A stretch of DNA of 64,000 bases from Octopus sinensis (taxonomy: Eukaryota), in NCBI RefSeq assembly GCF_006345805.1, contig NC_042997.1, positions 43,896,001 through 43,960,000 of the forward strand, read 5' to 3'. Made by a program: the position numbers and the translations under genes. A model generated the notes under the pieces. That model was not told the DNA's origin and searched no databases. It worked only from the letters and a program-made list of their open reading frames with translations. Shown piece by piece: positions 10,690 through 23,848 of the stretch. Each line of letters begins with the position of its first letter. Position 1 is the first letter of the stretch.

Positions 10690-11475
10690 TAGACTTCCAA
10701 ATGTTCCAAAAGAAAATTATGGAAGACATACCCAGAGTGAAAGGTAGACTGTATGATGCTTGTGTGCAAACAGCTATAACAGTAAAAAAAATGAGCTGTG
10801 ACTGCAGAGGACATACGTAGGCTTGAAAGAAATGAAGCTAGTATGCTTCGCTTGATATGCAATGTCAGTGTGTATGTGTACAACAGAGTGTAAACATCAT
10901 GAGAGAAAAGTTGAGCATAAAAGGCATCAACTGTGGTGTGCAAGAGAGACAACTGCACTGGTATGGTAATGTGATGCATATGGACAAGGACAGCCGTGTA
11001 AAGAAGCGTCGATCTCTAACTGTGAAGGGGACCTGTGGAAGAGATAGACCCAGGAAGACATGGGATGAGGTGGTGAAGCATGGGCCTCATGGAGGCAATG
11101 ACTAGTGACCAAGACCTTTGGGGATATGCTGTGCTTGAGAAGTCCCGTCAAGGCAAGTGAAATTGTAGGCAAGGAAGATACTAGTGGCATGTAATTGGCA
11201 CCTGTGCCAATAGCACGTAAGAAGCACCTTTCAAGCCTTGGGCCTCACAGAGGTAATGACAAATGACCAAGACCTTTGACAATATGCTGTGCTTGAGTAG
11301 AAGACCCATCAAACCAAGTGAAATCATAATCATGGCAGATACTGGTGTATACTCTCAGAGTGGTTAGTGTTAGGAAGGGCATCCAGCCAAATCAGACTGG
11401 GGTCAGGTGTAGTCCCTCAGCTTACCAGCCCTGGTCAAACCGTCCAACCCATGTCGGTATGGTCATGATGATGTG
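10690..11475 (+). mobile_element. RTE-clade LINE 3' fragment (RT C-terminus + 3' UTR + (GAT)n tail)
   Basis: Frameshifted REKLSIKGINCGVQERQLHWYGNVMHMD...GRDRPRKTWDEVV, followed by the window's recurrent 3' UTR. Confidence 0.85.
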
Positions 11476-13737
11476 CCAGAAAGTTGTAAAAAAACAAAAC
11501 TTCATATCCCCCTTGATTATGGTTCTCCCACATACATATTAACCCTTTTTGTTACCATATTTCTGATGAAATATACTGCTTTTGCCTCAATTAATTTAGA
11601 AATTAATGAAGAATTTAGTAAAATAAGATAATGTTTGGAATATAGATTAACATATTTTGATGGAAAATTTCAAATGAAGGAGCAGTCAGAGGTGAGATGA
11701 TACCAAAAGGGTCAATGTCTTTGGTAATAACTATTATCTCATTATCTTCTTTGTTCTTGTCTTCAAAAACCAAAGTTTTGAGTGTAACAATGGACATAAT
11801 AATTTTACAAAGTAAGTGTAAATTAAAAGATATTAAAGTTAGCATCCCTGGGGTAAGATTTAGATGGCATGGTTATATATTAAAAACAGATAAAAGATAA
11901 CTCGATTAATTCCAGTACTATGGGGTGGTAACCTAAATAAATAGGCTAAAGAGGTTTGATGTGAAAGTTCAGAGTTAACAAATGACAGCTGATTCTAAAG
12001 AAATTGCCACATGCAGAATAAACTATAGAGAGAAATACGCTTTATAATATTTCCCAAACCATTTTATAATGGAAAGAAGAAAAAAGTGAAATAACTGAAT
12101 ATCTTTTAATCATCACTTATACATCATTGTTTTTACACCCAACCTTTCATACTGGGTTGAGTCAGAGGGTATATTTTGATGCAGGGATTTATAGCAGGAT
12201 GCTGTTCCTGATACACCCACCTTTAGTTGTCTCTTATGACAAACATAGACAAAATGTATTTATCCTAAGAAACAGGATACAGACTGTTCACTGAAGACCA
12301 GAATATACGTAATGAAAACTGGAATACAGTTAATAAACAGGAATACATATGGATATCATATGAAGCAACTCTTAACTATATCTTTGAGGAATTTAAAAAG
12401 GACAAAAACTACCTGATATATGATAATCACATGTAGAGTTGGTTTCAAGGATCACATGTAGATATGCAATCAGTCTATTGGTTTAAAAGTCACAAAAAAA
12501 TCAACTTTTCAACTAAATAACATGTAAACAAAGCAACATCTTATCTCAAGGATTACAAAGCAGGTATCATGTTTACAGCCTCAGAATCACAAGTTTATAT
12601 CATATCTTAGGCTTAACACTGTGTCTTTGGTCAAAAGAAAACTGAATATTAGCAGGATGTAAAAGCTAGAGCTAAGACTGCCTTCATTTCCTTAACCTTT
12701 CAGTGTTTAAACTGGCCATATCTGGCTCAAATACTCCAGCTGCTGGCTAGATTCAACCTCTTACACCTACCCTACAATGTCATCCTAAAACTAAACAAAT
12801 ACACCACTGAAGTTGCAAAGCTACAAGATTATGTATGATTAATTCAAAACAATCATCATCATCATTTAGCATCCGTTTTCCATGCTAGCATGGGTTGGAC
12901 GGTTTAACTGGGGTCTGTGAAGCCGGAAGGCTTCATCAGGCCCAGTCAGATTTGGCAGTGTTTCTACGGCTGGATGCCCTTCCTAACGCCAACCACTCCG
13001 TGAGTGTAGTGGGTGCTTTTTACATGCCACCCGCACAGGTACCAGGCGAGGCTGGCAACGGACAAGAGCAGATGGTGCTTTTACATGCTACCGGCACGGT
13101 GGCCAGGCGAGAATAAAAAAGCATTACATTTGACAGAGTAATCTGAATATTTAAAACCATGTCAGTGGTTCTCATTCGTCTTTTGCCTATGGAACCCTTT
13201 GATTCCTATTTTACTTGGGTGAACCCTTATAACCATTTGATGCTTACAAGAATCTTACATTTTTATGATTGAATATTATTAGAAAGTGTATTTTTAGAAG
13301 CCTAAGCAATTATAGCACACAAATTTTGACACAAAATTTTATTATGGACCCCCTGAGGCATATGGACCTTCAGAGGCATATAGACCTTCAGAGGCATATA
13401 GACCTCAGGGGCTACATGGACTCCTATTCAGAGCCACTGTTTTACATTAACCCTTTAGCATTCAGAATACTTTCTCATATGTAATGCTTATTCATTCATA
13501 TTGTTTTTAATTAATTATGAATTATTTCATAGTTTTGAGATTTCAATGATAGGGTTGCTTATTTTTAGAGTGACATTGAAGGGTAGGTGTGATAAGTTAA
13601 AATCTGGATGGTTTGAACATAAAACAAGGTGTTATGGGTTAGGGTTAGTTTCAATGCTAAAGGGTTGAAGTACACTTGTCTCAAACATTCATAATTTGTT
13701 CCTATTCTTTGCCACTCCTCAGTGCTTTCCCATGGAT

Positions 13738-14120
13738 GGAAGCACTCCGTCGGTTACGACGACGAGGGTTCCGGTTGATCCGAATCAACGGAACAGCCTG
13801 CTCGTGAAATTAACGTGTAAGTGGCTGAGCACTCCACAGACACGTGTACCCTTAACGTAGTTCTCGGGGATATTCAGCATGACACAGAGCGTAACAAGGC
13901 TGGCCCTTTGAAATACAGGTACAACAGAAACAGGAAGTAAGAGTGAGAGAAAGTTGTGGTGAAAGAGTACAGCAGGGATCACCACCATCCCCTGCCGGAG
14001 CCTCGTGGAGCTTTTAGGTGTTTTCGCTCAATAAACACTCACAATGCCTGGTCTGGGAACCGAAACCGCGATCCTACGACCGCGAGTCCGCTGCCCTAAC
14101 CACTGGGCCATTGCGCCTCC
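13738..14120 (-). mobile_element. tRNA-derived SINE (family B)
   Basis: Second copy, with TSD-like gtgctttcccat on both flanks. A degenerate plus-strand relative lies at ~57474-57795. Confidence 0.85.
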
Positions 14121-14404
14121 ACTGTGCTTTCCCATATTACCCATGGATAGAGATTTTTTTTGTTTCTACTTTTTTTACATCTTTATTTTACTGGGGATAG
14201 TGAACTGGTAGAGTTGTTAGAGAATTGGACAGAATGCCTCACAGTATTTTTTATGACTCTCTATACACTGAGTTCAAATCCCACCAAGGCAGCTTTGTCT
14301 TTCGTCCTTTCAGGGTCAATAAAAATGTACCAATCTAGGTCAGTGGATTGATAGAACTATTAGAGGGTTAGCTAAGATGCCTTGCAATGTTTGTTCTAGT
14401 TCTA

Positions 14405-14970
14405 TTGGGTTGTCTGGAAAGTTTGTGCTGATTTATAGTAACTTATCTTTCGACTTATTTTAGAACATGGTTGAGTCCATAAAATAGGATTTGACTACAC
14501 CTCCATTTAGAGCACAGTTTAAGCTATCTTTTCATGGAATAAGGTTTATGTTCCTATAACCTGTGTTAATTCTGTAACCCTTTAAAATGGAAGATAACAA
14601 AGTTCATTTTCGGCACTTGACGCTTTAGGAACCAGACAAAAATTGCTGCAGCTCGGCTGGGATGTGTTACCCCACCCTCCATATCCACCAGATATTTCTC
14701 CTTTGGATTTCCACTTATTCAGGTCTCTGCAGAATAGTCTTAATGGTAAAAATTTCAATTCCTCGGATGACGTAAAAAAGATACCTTGATGAATTCTTTG
14801 CCATGAAACCACCTCAATTCTGGGAAGAGGGTATTTTCAAGTTAAAGGAAAGATGGAGATGCATTGTGCAACAAAATGGTTCATATTTGGTTGATTAAAA
14901 ATGTAATGGCAAGTATTTATTGACCTTTTTCTTTCCTTTAAAAATCGGCACAAACTTTCCGGACAGCAAC
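14405..14970 (+). mobile_element. Internally deleted mariner element
   Basis: TA|TTGGGTTGTCTGGAAAGTTTGTGCTGATT TIR with its mirror near 14943-14970. MEDNKVHFRHL is fused to LGWDVLPHPPYPPDISPLDFHLFRSLQNSL...QQNGSYLVD*, a YSPDLAP-type motif. Confidence 0.9.
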
Positions 14971-16763
14971 TCCTATCATGACACTGGTGCCCAACTGTAT
15001 CAATCCAAGTTGGCAGCCTTTCCATTGGATAAACATCAGTGATGTGGAGAGAAGACTTATATGCATGGGTAACAGCCAGTCTCTCTCAGTCTTCTGTTAC
15101 CACTCAATACCTTAGCAGAAGGAGATGAGCCCACGAACTTCAAAGGGTCCCTGAGACCAGTGAGCAATGTGGGTGACATTGTTTTTGAACAACTGCAAGC
15201 CAATGTCTAAAGACAAAACAGAGGCAATGAAAAGAGCATTCTGATGAGGAAGGTTAGGTCTAGTGGTTAGTGCAGGGCATTAGAATGCCGACAAAATATG
15301 TATAATGAGAGTGAATGGGCCTGAGTGGAGATGATATGAGACTAATTAGCTCTGAAGAGCGAATAGAAAAAGCAGTCTGAAGAGATTTCACATTTGTGAG
15401 CCAGAGGTTAGAGTGTGTAAGGTGAGTAGTGACTCAGTAGAGAAAACAATGTGTTGCTTCTCTACAGCAAGGCACCAGTTCCTGTCCCTCTATCATACTT
15501 TAATTTGTCAACAGCTGGTATAAAGCCACCTCCCTCTTTACTACATCCCCACCCAATTGAGAGATACGGCTGCTATCTCTAGCAAAATCACGCAAGCACA
15601 TAAGGGCCTCATTATCAGCATTTTTTTGCTCCAGGTGAGCCATCTATTGTATCATTCCCTACCACTCCTCCTCGTCAACTACTTCAACTGTAAGAGACTC
15701 CAAGTAAGGCGAAAAAGCCGTGTACATGTTTTAATATTACATATAATACACTTTTTTAAAAATTATATATCACAATTGGTATACAATAACATAGTTACAG
15801 GTTTTCAACAACTCAGGTGCATTTCTGGTGGCAAAAAGCGACAAGGGAGTGTCTGTAAATCCGATCAAGCAAATATCTCAAGGGATTTTGTTTGTAAAGC
15901 ACTTGTTTCTGGTTTTGCCGTCGCTACAGAAACATTTGAGTTCAGAACATAGATCAACAAAAATAAAAGATGTAAAGTACATTCGTCTGACACTCTATTT
16001 CCGTCACTCCATGCATAATTTCTTCAAATAAGTTTTAGACCCAATATGCAAGACCGTCATATTAACCTTACAGGCACCCGAGTAAATCACTACACCGGAC
16101 CCTATAGGATTTATTTACTGACAGCGAGCCGCAGCACACAGGTAAGATGTGGGGGCCCCTAGACAACTGCCTAGTGTACTCAAGGTTTAAGACAGCATTG
16201 CCAATATGTAAGGAATTTTTTGGTTATCTAACCGCAGTAGGGACGGGTGAATAGCAATTCATTTACTGGAGTTTGGACACAAGGTTAGACACGAAATCAT
16301 AGTGAACCATGCAAACACACATGAACACAAAATATTCATTTACATACGCAGAATATAGAGGAACTGAGAATGTGATATTCATAATCTTCTCACGAGCGTG
16401 AGATAAAAACAGAATCAATGAAGACTCAATTTTGCAGGGAGTGTTTTTTGGAGGGTTAAACGCGAGTTGCCAGTTTGTCACACACCGTTTCATTTCATTT
16501 GCGATTAATGAAATGATCTTGACAAGAAATAATTAAAACCTGGGTTGTGAACACACGTAATTGGAAGATGAAATTTAACTGTAAACATAATAGCATCAGA
16601 ATCTTCACACGCCAATGTAAAAAAAGAAAAATACTCAAGAAAAACACGCTTAATTGTTGTGTAATTATTGAAACAGAAAGTGTATAAAATACCAAAAGGA
16701 ATGAAAATTAAGGTAGAAAAAAAATCATTTGATAGGAGAGAAGCAGCGAGATGAAAGACTAAC

Positions 16764-16803
16764 CTTCTTCGTTGTTTAAAGCTTTTAAGCTCATGTAACT
16801 CAT
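16764..16803 (-). CDS. SLC11A2: Candidate proximal first coding exon of NRAMP (MSYMSLKALNNEE-D)
   Basis: ATG with A at -3, then 13 codons + 1 nt, then a strong AAG|GTTAGT donor. Phase 1 matches the 8430 acceptor (G+AT = Asp). It sits in a CpG-retaining region. Confidence 0.65.
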
Positions 16804-18629
16804 GATAAGACCATAAAAACGCCGAAAGGAATTAAAATGTAACAGTTTTCCACTTAAATTATTTTTTGTCGATGTTCTTTCATTTGAAAATGCTTGTTCG
16901 GGCGTTTGCAGGACTGAACCCACAACGTTGTCTCTCTCTTTCCCACAACCAACTTATAAGTTTATTTTGTGCTCAAAAAGTTTCCTTATTGTTATTATTT
17001 TACAACAAACAAAACTTTCGGAATAACTGTGATAGAGATACAACTTATTAACAGGTGTATTGATCCGAATTCGCTGTTTGACACCAGCTGTGGACATTTT
17101 CTCACCTCCGCAGCTGTTTAATTTAGATGTGAAACTTTCCGAAAAGTGAGACTTAAGTAATTAAGACCGAACTTTGGAAGAAACTACACGAAACCGAGAG
17201 TATTCTATACTTGTTTGTTTCTAAATTTACTGGTAGAAAAACAAGTGTATGGCTTGGTGCTAGCCGGAAGCCTCACTGGTCTTAAATTCACTTAAATGTT
17301 TTTAATTTACTTAGTTAAATGTTTCAGAGCACTTGCAATCAACTCTTCATCTAAAACTCGAAATGAATTTTGAATTCGCCTTAAATATACGTTTATTTAT
17401 TTAATCCAGCTACGAACCATTGAAATCTTTAGGTTGGATTAAAAGTACTCGATGATTATATTCCATATGTGGCTAAAAAAATAAAAGATTAATGTAGGAT
17501 AATACAGCAAGTAAAAAATAAAATCTTACTGAAACAACGAAGACCAGGACGAAATGAGGAGGTGAAGGGACACCCGACATTGTCGTTCGACCTGTTAGAA
17601 ATAGCAGCTAAATGCTATTTAACTCAAACTCTACTATCTGTATAAAAATATTCCAAGTGAATGGACATTGTTCTGCTCGTAAGAACTAACCACAATCGGA
17701 GAAGAAATTACGTTATTTGTTCAGCATCTAAAGTAAAGGAGGGGAATATTCAAGTGATTAAAACAGAATTTTCTATAGAGTATAAAAATATACCGAGCAC
17801 GCAGAAATACTTCAGAAAAAGCAACTGAAAGATTCATTTCGCAATAGTATCTCAGAAACTACCATTATGTGACAAATTTCATTCATGGTTACGTTTTTAT
17901 TATTCCAATTTTTATCCTCTTGAAGAATACAAAAAAATTACATAAACCAACAAACTTATTAGTCATGTCAAAACAACAACTGGATTTGACGAAACGAACG
18001 AGTCTGATGTCAAACTTTTTTTTTTTTTCTTTCTTGTAAACAAACTGTCCTGAAATCTTGTTAGCAATCATTCTTTTTTTAGAACTTTGAATCTCGAAGC
18101 AAATAAAGTCTAAATAATAGTGTGCAAATATTGGATAGAAAAAAATCGAAGATTGGAATCGAACCTACATCTCCTGTAGATAGATATGACATGTTCTACC
18201 ATTGGACCAAAACAAATTCTCCATCCCTTTAAGTAACTTTATTCCTACTAGCGAAAAGCAAATTTATTCATCTTTTAGTCAGGTCATGTTAGTGACCTCC
18301 AAACCTAGTGTGACAAGGTGGAGGAGGTTATCCTCAAAGCAAAAGACCCCTAGCTTGAATACTTGCAAGAGTGAGGCCCCCACTAAAGATATCCAAGGTG
18401 CCAGATGATGGTATGAAACTGGTTGAAGGATTAAGGGTATCACACTAATCGTTCTTTTCAGGATTTGAACTCAGAAGGTAAATGACCAGAACAACTACCA
18501 CAAGGCATCTAGAAACACTTTTCATATTTTTGTCAATCCAGCATCCCGGGCTGGTCACTTTTTATTGACCTTGAATGGCTGACAGGTAAAACTGATCTAG
18601 TTAGCATTTGAACTTATAATGACTAGCAT

Positions 18630-19042
18630 ACTCTCTTTTCTACTTGTTTCAGTCATTTGACTGTGGTCATGCTGGAGCACCACCTTTAGTCGAGCAACTC
18701 GACCCCGGGACTTATTCTTTGTAAGCCCAGTACTTATTCTATCGGTCTCTTTTGCCGAACCGCTATGTGACGGGGACGTAAACACACCAGCATCGGTTGT
18801 CAAGCAATGCTAGGGGGGGACAAACACAGACACAAACACACACACACACATATAAATATATATATATATACATACATATATACGACAGGCTTCTTTCAGT
18901 TTCCGTCTACCAAATCCACTCACAAGGCATTGGTCGGCCCGAGGCTGTAGCAGAAGACACTTGCCCAAGGTGCCACGCAGTGGGACTGAACCCGGAACCA
19001 TGTGGTTGGTTAGCAAGCTACTTACCACACAGCCACTCCTGC
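18630..19042 (-). mobile_element. SINE family A
   Basis: Full-length copy homologous to 9507-9900. Confidence 0.85.
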
Positions 19043-20014
19043 ATCATAACAGATTCCACAAAGCATTCTATCCAACTCCCTAAAGAGTGCCAAGTCACAG
19101 CCAAATGCAGAGAGAGGAGGAGGAAAACATTAGCTTAATGACGAACATTATTTTAATCTATTGATAGGATTGGGAATGGCTGTGTGGTTAAGAAGCTTTC
19201 TTTGCAACTATGTGGTTTTGGGTTCAGTCCCACTGTGTGGTACCTTGGGCAAGTGTCTTCTAATATAAACCTAGGCTGACCAGGGCTTGTGAGCAAATTT
19301 GGTTCATGGAAACTGTATGGAGGTCAGTCATATATATATATCATCATCATCATCGTTTAACGTCCGTTTTCCGTGCTAGCATGGGTTGGACGGTTCAACT
19401 GGGGTCTGGGAAGCCAGAAGGCTGCACCAGGCCCAGTCTGATCTGGCAGTGTTTCTACAGCTGGATGCTCTTCCTAACGCCAACCACTCCGAGTGTAGTG
19501 GGTGCTTTTTATGTGCCACCGACACAGGTGCCAGACGAGGCTGGCGAACAGCCACGATTGGATGGTGCTTTTTATGTGCCACCGGCACGGGGGCCAGACG
19601 AGGCTGGCGAACGGCCACGATCGGATGGTGCTTTTATGTGCCACCGGCACGGGGCCAGACGAGGCTGGCAACGGCCATGCAGCTATGAGGGTGTATCTTT
19701 GTGTCTGTCTTTATCATGCACCCCCACTTGACAACCAATATTGGTTTGTTTACATCCATGTAACTGAGCAGTTTGGCAAAATACACTGATAGTATAAGTA
19801 CCAGACTAAAAAAAAATACTGGGAGTGATTTGTTCTGACTAAAACCCTTCAAGGAAGTGGCCCTGCATGGCCAGTCCAATTACTGAAACAAGTAAAAGAT
19901 AATAAAAAAAAGTATGGAGAACAACTGGACATGTTTATATCTTCTCAGACTTCTTCAATGAAGCTCAGAGAAGAGAAAAGCCCTCGGCTATAGTACAAGA
20001 CACTTGCCCAAGGT

Positions 20015-20705
20015 CAGTGACAGCTCAAGTATAGGTACTGCAGAACTGCAGCACCTGCTATTTCTACTCGATGTTATCGATAACATCCAATATAATGAGT
20101 CTTTTTTCTTTATACTTGTACATTATATAATCCTTAAGCTTAATGTAAGTAGACATCCCCCAGTTTATGAGAAAATATAAAAGTCCTTGTATAGAACTGT
20201 TCGCTTCACAGCTCCAGTGACGTGGTGTTTGGCTGTTGTGTGCATGCTCACATGTCCAAGATAGGAAGCTGCATGCTAGGAAGAGAGAGCACTGTGGTTC
20301 ATGCAGTGCCAACCCTGGTGTGCTGGTAAAAGACAGTGTTTCTTTTTGACTCCACATGTGTTGTGCTTAAAAACACGTTTATATTCATGAATGTGATAAA
20401 GTGTAGAATTAGATTATTATCCTGCTTCCAGCTACAATGTTGCTGCCAAAATTTGAAAAATAAGGCTGATTTCCTCCCCTTATTTTGTGATTTAAGTGGG
20501 ACTTTTGAAAAACAAGGGGTAATTCATGGCAGTGTTCAGTAAACAAATTAAACTCACTACCCGGCAGTGGCTAAAACACGAACCAATCAAGTTTATGTAT
20601 AAATTTTCTTTTTATGTGTTTGTTTCCTTTTACACAATATTAAAACAATGGCTAAAGATTATCTGAAGCAGCAACCTCACCAATTTTATCTATGAATCGC
20701 CATTG
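20015..20705. mobile_element. Second copy of the same hAT element, inserted inside a SINE
   Basis: Colinear with 42573-43276. It splits a family A SINE at cacttgcccaaggt|. Confidence 0.85.
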
Positions 20706-21898
20706 CCAAAGTACCACACAGTGGGACTGAACCTGAAACCATATGATTGTGAAACAAATTTCTTATCACACAGCTACCTCAGTCTTCCTCCAAACATGTT
20801 GCACATACATGTGCAGACACATGACCAGGACTAGCCAATGGGGGCCCTAAAAAGTTATTCAGAGACACCATCTGCAATAAAATCAGCAGTTAAGAGGAGT
20901 GAACATATTTATGTAGGGAATCAAAAATCTAATTAGAAATACTTCTGGAATATTCTAGAGGAGAACATTATTGAGTTAAGTGAGTTAATAAAAATATATG
21001 TCTGTGAACAAATCTACACAGCCAAATAAACAAGAAATCTAACTCATAATCTGCCTGTACTGATAAATAACAATAAAATATATAGAGGCCATATTTTAAG
21101 TGTTAGTAATCAGTATGAGATTACAGGATTAGATTGCTAATCTATCTGAGTGTGCATATTTGTTTTTATCATCAAAAATTTAAAAACCCTTTAGCATCTA
21201 AACTGACCATATCTAGCTCAAATATGCCTCCTGTTTCAAGTTCAAACTGGTTGGGTCTAGCCTCTCACACATACCCTACAATATCATCCAAAAAATAGAC
21301 AATAACATCACCGAAATCTCACAGCTATGAGACCAATATTTGACTGGTACTCAGAGTTTTTTTGAAACAAAGAAGAGGCAAATTTGGCTCAGAACGAAAG
21401 GAGCTTAGAGCAAAAACTAAATTCTGTCAACCTAATAATAATACCTACAGGCATTGATTTCAAATTTTGGCATAAGGCCAGCAATTTCGGGGGAGGGGGG
21501 TAAGCTGACAACATCAGCCCCAGGGCTCAACCGGTTCTTATTTTATTTACCCTGAAAGGATGACTGGCAACATCAGCCTCGGAAGAATTTGAACTCAAAA
21601 CATAAAGACAGACAAAATGCTGCTAAGTATTTTAACTGGTATGCTAATGATTCTGCTAGTTCACCATCTTATGGTACCTATAGATATTAAAGTATTACTC
21701 ATCATCATCATCATCATCATTTAGCGTCCGTTCTCCATGCTAGCATGGGTTGGATGGTTCAACTGGGGTCTGTGAAGCTGGAAGGCTTCATCAGGCCCAG
21801 TCAGATCTGGCAGTGTTTCTACAGCTGGATGCCCTTCCTAACGCCAACCACTCCGTGAGTGTAGTGGTTGCTATTTCTAGCAGGTTAACTACATAGAG

Positions 21899-22447
21899 CA
21901 GTGGTTCTTAAACTTTTCAAAAGATTTTACATAGCAGTCCCTTACAGTTCTTTTTTTTTTTTTTGATTCATGGTCCCCTATAAAATGCCGGATAATTAAC
22001 ATGGAAAACATCACTTACATTCATGTACTGTAATTTCCGGACTATGGAACAGCACTGTCCATAGACCCACAATCCCAGAAACCACAACTTAATCCAGGCA
22101 ATGCCCCACTGGGATACAATAAATGCACATGAAAATATGGAGAATCCGTTGATCAATTGGTTACAAAATAAATGAGAAATAAAAAATACTGATAGAACAT
22201 GCATGATCAAACATTATACCCGTTATATTGGCCAATCACACTTGTACAACAAGTGTGATTAGCAAATGAGTGCGTAAGAATGGTGAGAGATTTTGAGGCC
22301 AATGACAAAAAAGGATGACAGCATGCTAAAAATTGAAAGTCTTGAAATTTTAAAACTTAACTGTCTCCAAGCCACCCTGTTGTCACAATACTTCAGTGTC
22401 CCTTTGTGGTCTCGTAGGGACCGTGGACCCCAGTTTGAGAACCACTG
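21899..22447. mobile_element. hAT (Buster-type) MITE
   Basis: CAGTGGTTCT...AGAACCACTG TIRs with a perfect 8-bp TSD ACATAGAG (nnnTAnnn). Confidence 0.92.
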
Positions 22448-22594
22448 ACATAGAGAGTCCCTTTCATTGGCTTTAGAGAACAGATTTGAATGCATCTCTA
22501 GATGACTAAAAATATCAGCAAAAAGTCATTTTATAGCTAGTATTTGGCCTGGTATCAGAATATATGAACCACTCAGCAGTTTATCAAAAGAAAT

Positions 22595-22744
22595 TTTATG
22601 TAGCTTGTTTACCAACCACATGGTTCCAGGTTCAGTCCCACTATGTGGCACCTTGGGCAAGTGTCTTCTACTATAGCCTCGGGTCGACCAAAGCCTTGTG
22701 AGTGGATTTGGTAGGCGGAAACTGAAAGAAGCCCATTGTATATA

Positions 22745-22789
<45 letters not shown>

Positions 22790-22997
22790 TTGTGTGTCTG
22801 TGGAAGTCCCCCCAACATCGCTTAACAACCGATGCTGGTGTGTTTACATCCCCATAACTTAGCGGTTCAGAAAAGAGACTGATAGAATAAGTACCAGGCT
22901 TACAAAGAATAAGTCCTGGGGTCGATTTGCTCAACTAAAGGCGGTGCTCCAGCATGGCCACAGTCGAATGACTGAAACAAGTAAAAGAGTAAAAGAG
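22595..22997 (+). mobile_element. SINE family A
   Basis: Full-length plus-strand copy. Confidence 0.85.
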
Positions 22998-23405
22998 AAT
23001 GGCAGGGGACTGGTCACTGTAAATGTTGTGTTGGGAAACTTCAGTCAATATTCTTCAAGTGAGGTCTTTTAATATGAAAGCTAGAACTGTTAAGGCGACA
23101 AGATGGCAGAGTCAGTAGCACGCTGGGCAAAATGCCTAACAGCATTTCATCCATCTTTACACTCTGAGTTCAAATGCTACCAAAGTCAGCTTTGCCTTTC
23201 ATCCATTCAGGGTCAATAAAATAAGTTTCAGGTGAGTATTGGGATCAATGTGGTCAACTTAACTCCTTCCTCAAACTTACTGGACCTGTGCCAAAATTTG
23301 AAATCAATATTAAAGCAAGAATTAACAGTAGTAGCAATATTACTTACAAGTCATCCATAAACCATAAATACAGCTTAAAATATTATCTCCTGCTTCTAAC
23401 ATTAA

Positions 23406-23848
23406 AGATTGACCGTTATGCAAACCTCCTCGAGGAATGTGAAGACGCAGGCTGGAAAGCAGAACATTTTCCAATCGAAGTCGGATGTAGAGGATTTGTT
23501 GGACACAGTGTGAGGCAACTGTTGTTATCGTTAGGCCTAACTCATCGTAAAGTCAATACCACCATGACCGATATCCAAACTACAGTGGAGAAGGCTAGCC
23601 TTTGGATTTGGTTAAAAAGAGACAATGAGCGATGGCTAGAAGAATATTGAGCTTTATTTATCAAATAAAGCTAATCTAGCAAGCAGGGTCTCATATCACT
23701 GAGGGGGGCTGGTGCGCATTGATGCCATCGAGAGGTAGGCCCTGAAACTGCGTGCATTCTCTCCTGATGACCCCATACACTTGCTGGCTTCCAGTATGCA
23801 GAGTTTTTGACTGGTAGCACTTGCATGTGCAAGTTGTTTGCAAGACAC
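23406..23848 (+). mobile_element. 3' end of an RLE-type non-LTR retrotransposon (Hero-like)
   Basis: KIDRYANLLEECEDAGWKAEHFPIEVGCRGF...EKASLWIWLKRD* is a restriction-like endonuclease C-terminus. It is flanked by a 60-bp direct repeat. Confidence 0.75.

Noticed and set aside
19490-19680. Regularly spaced ~52-bp repeats resembling a CRISPR array (also ~440-590 and ~56100-56330)
   Set aside because: The units are tandem with no unique spacers, lie in the 3' UTR of an RTE LINE in a eukaryote, and there are no cas genes.
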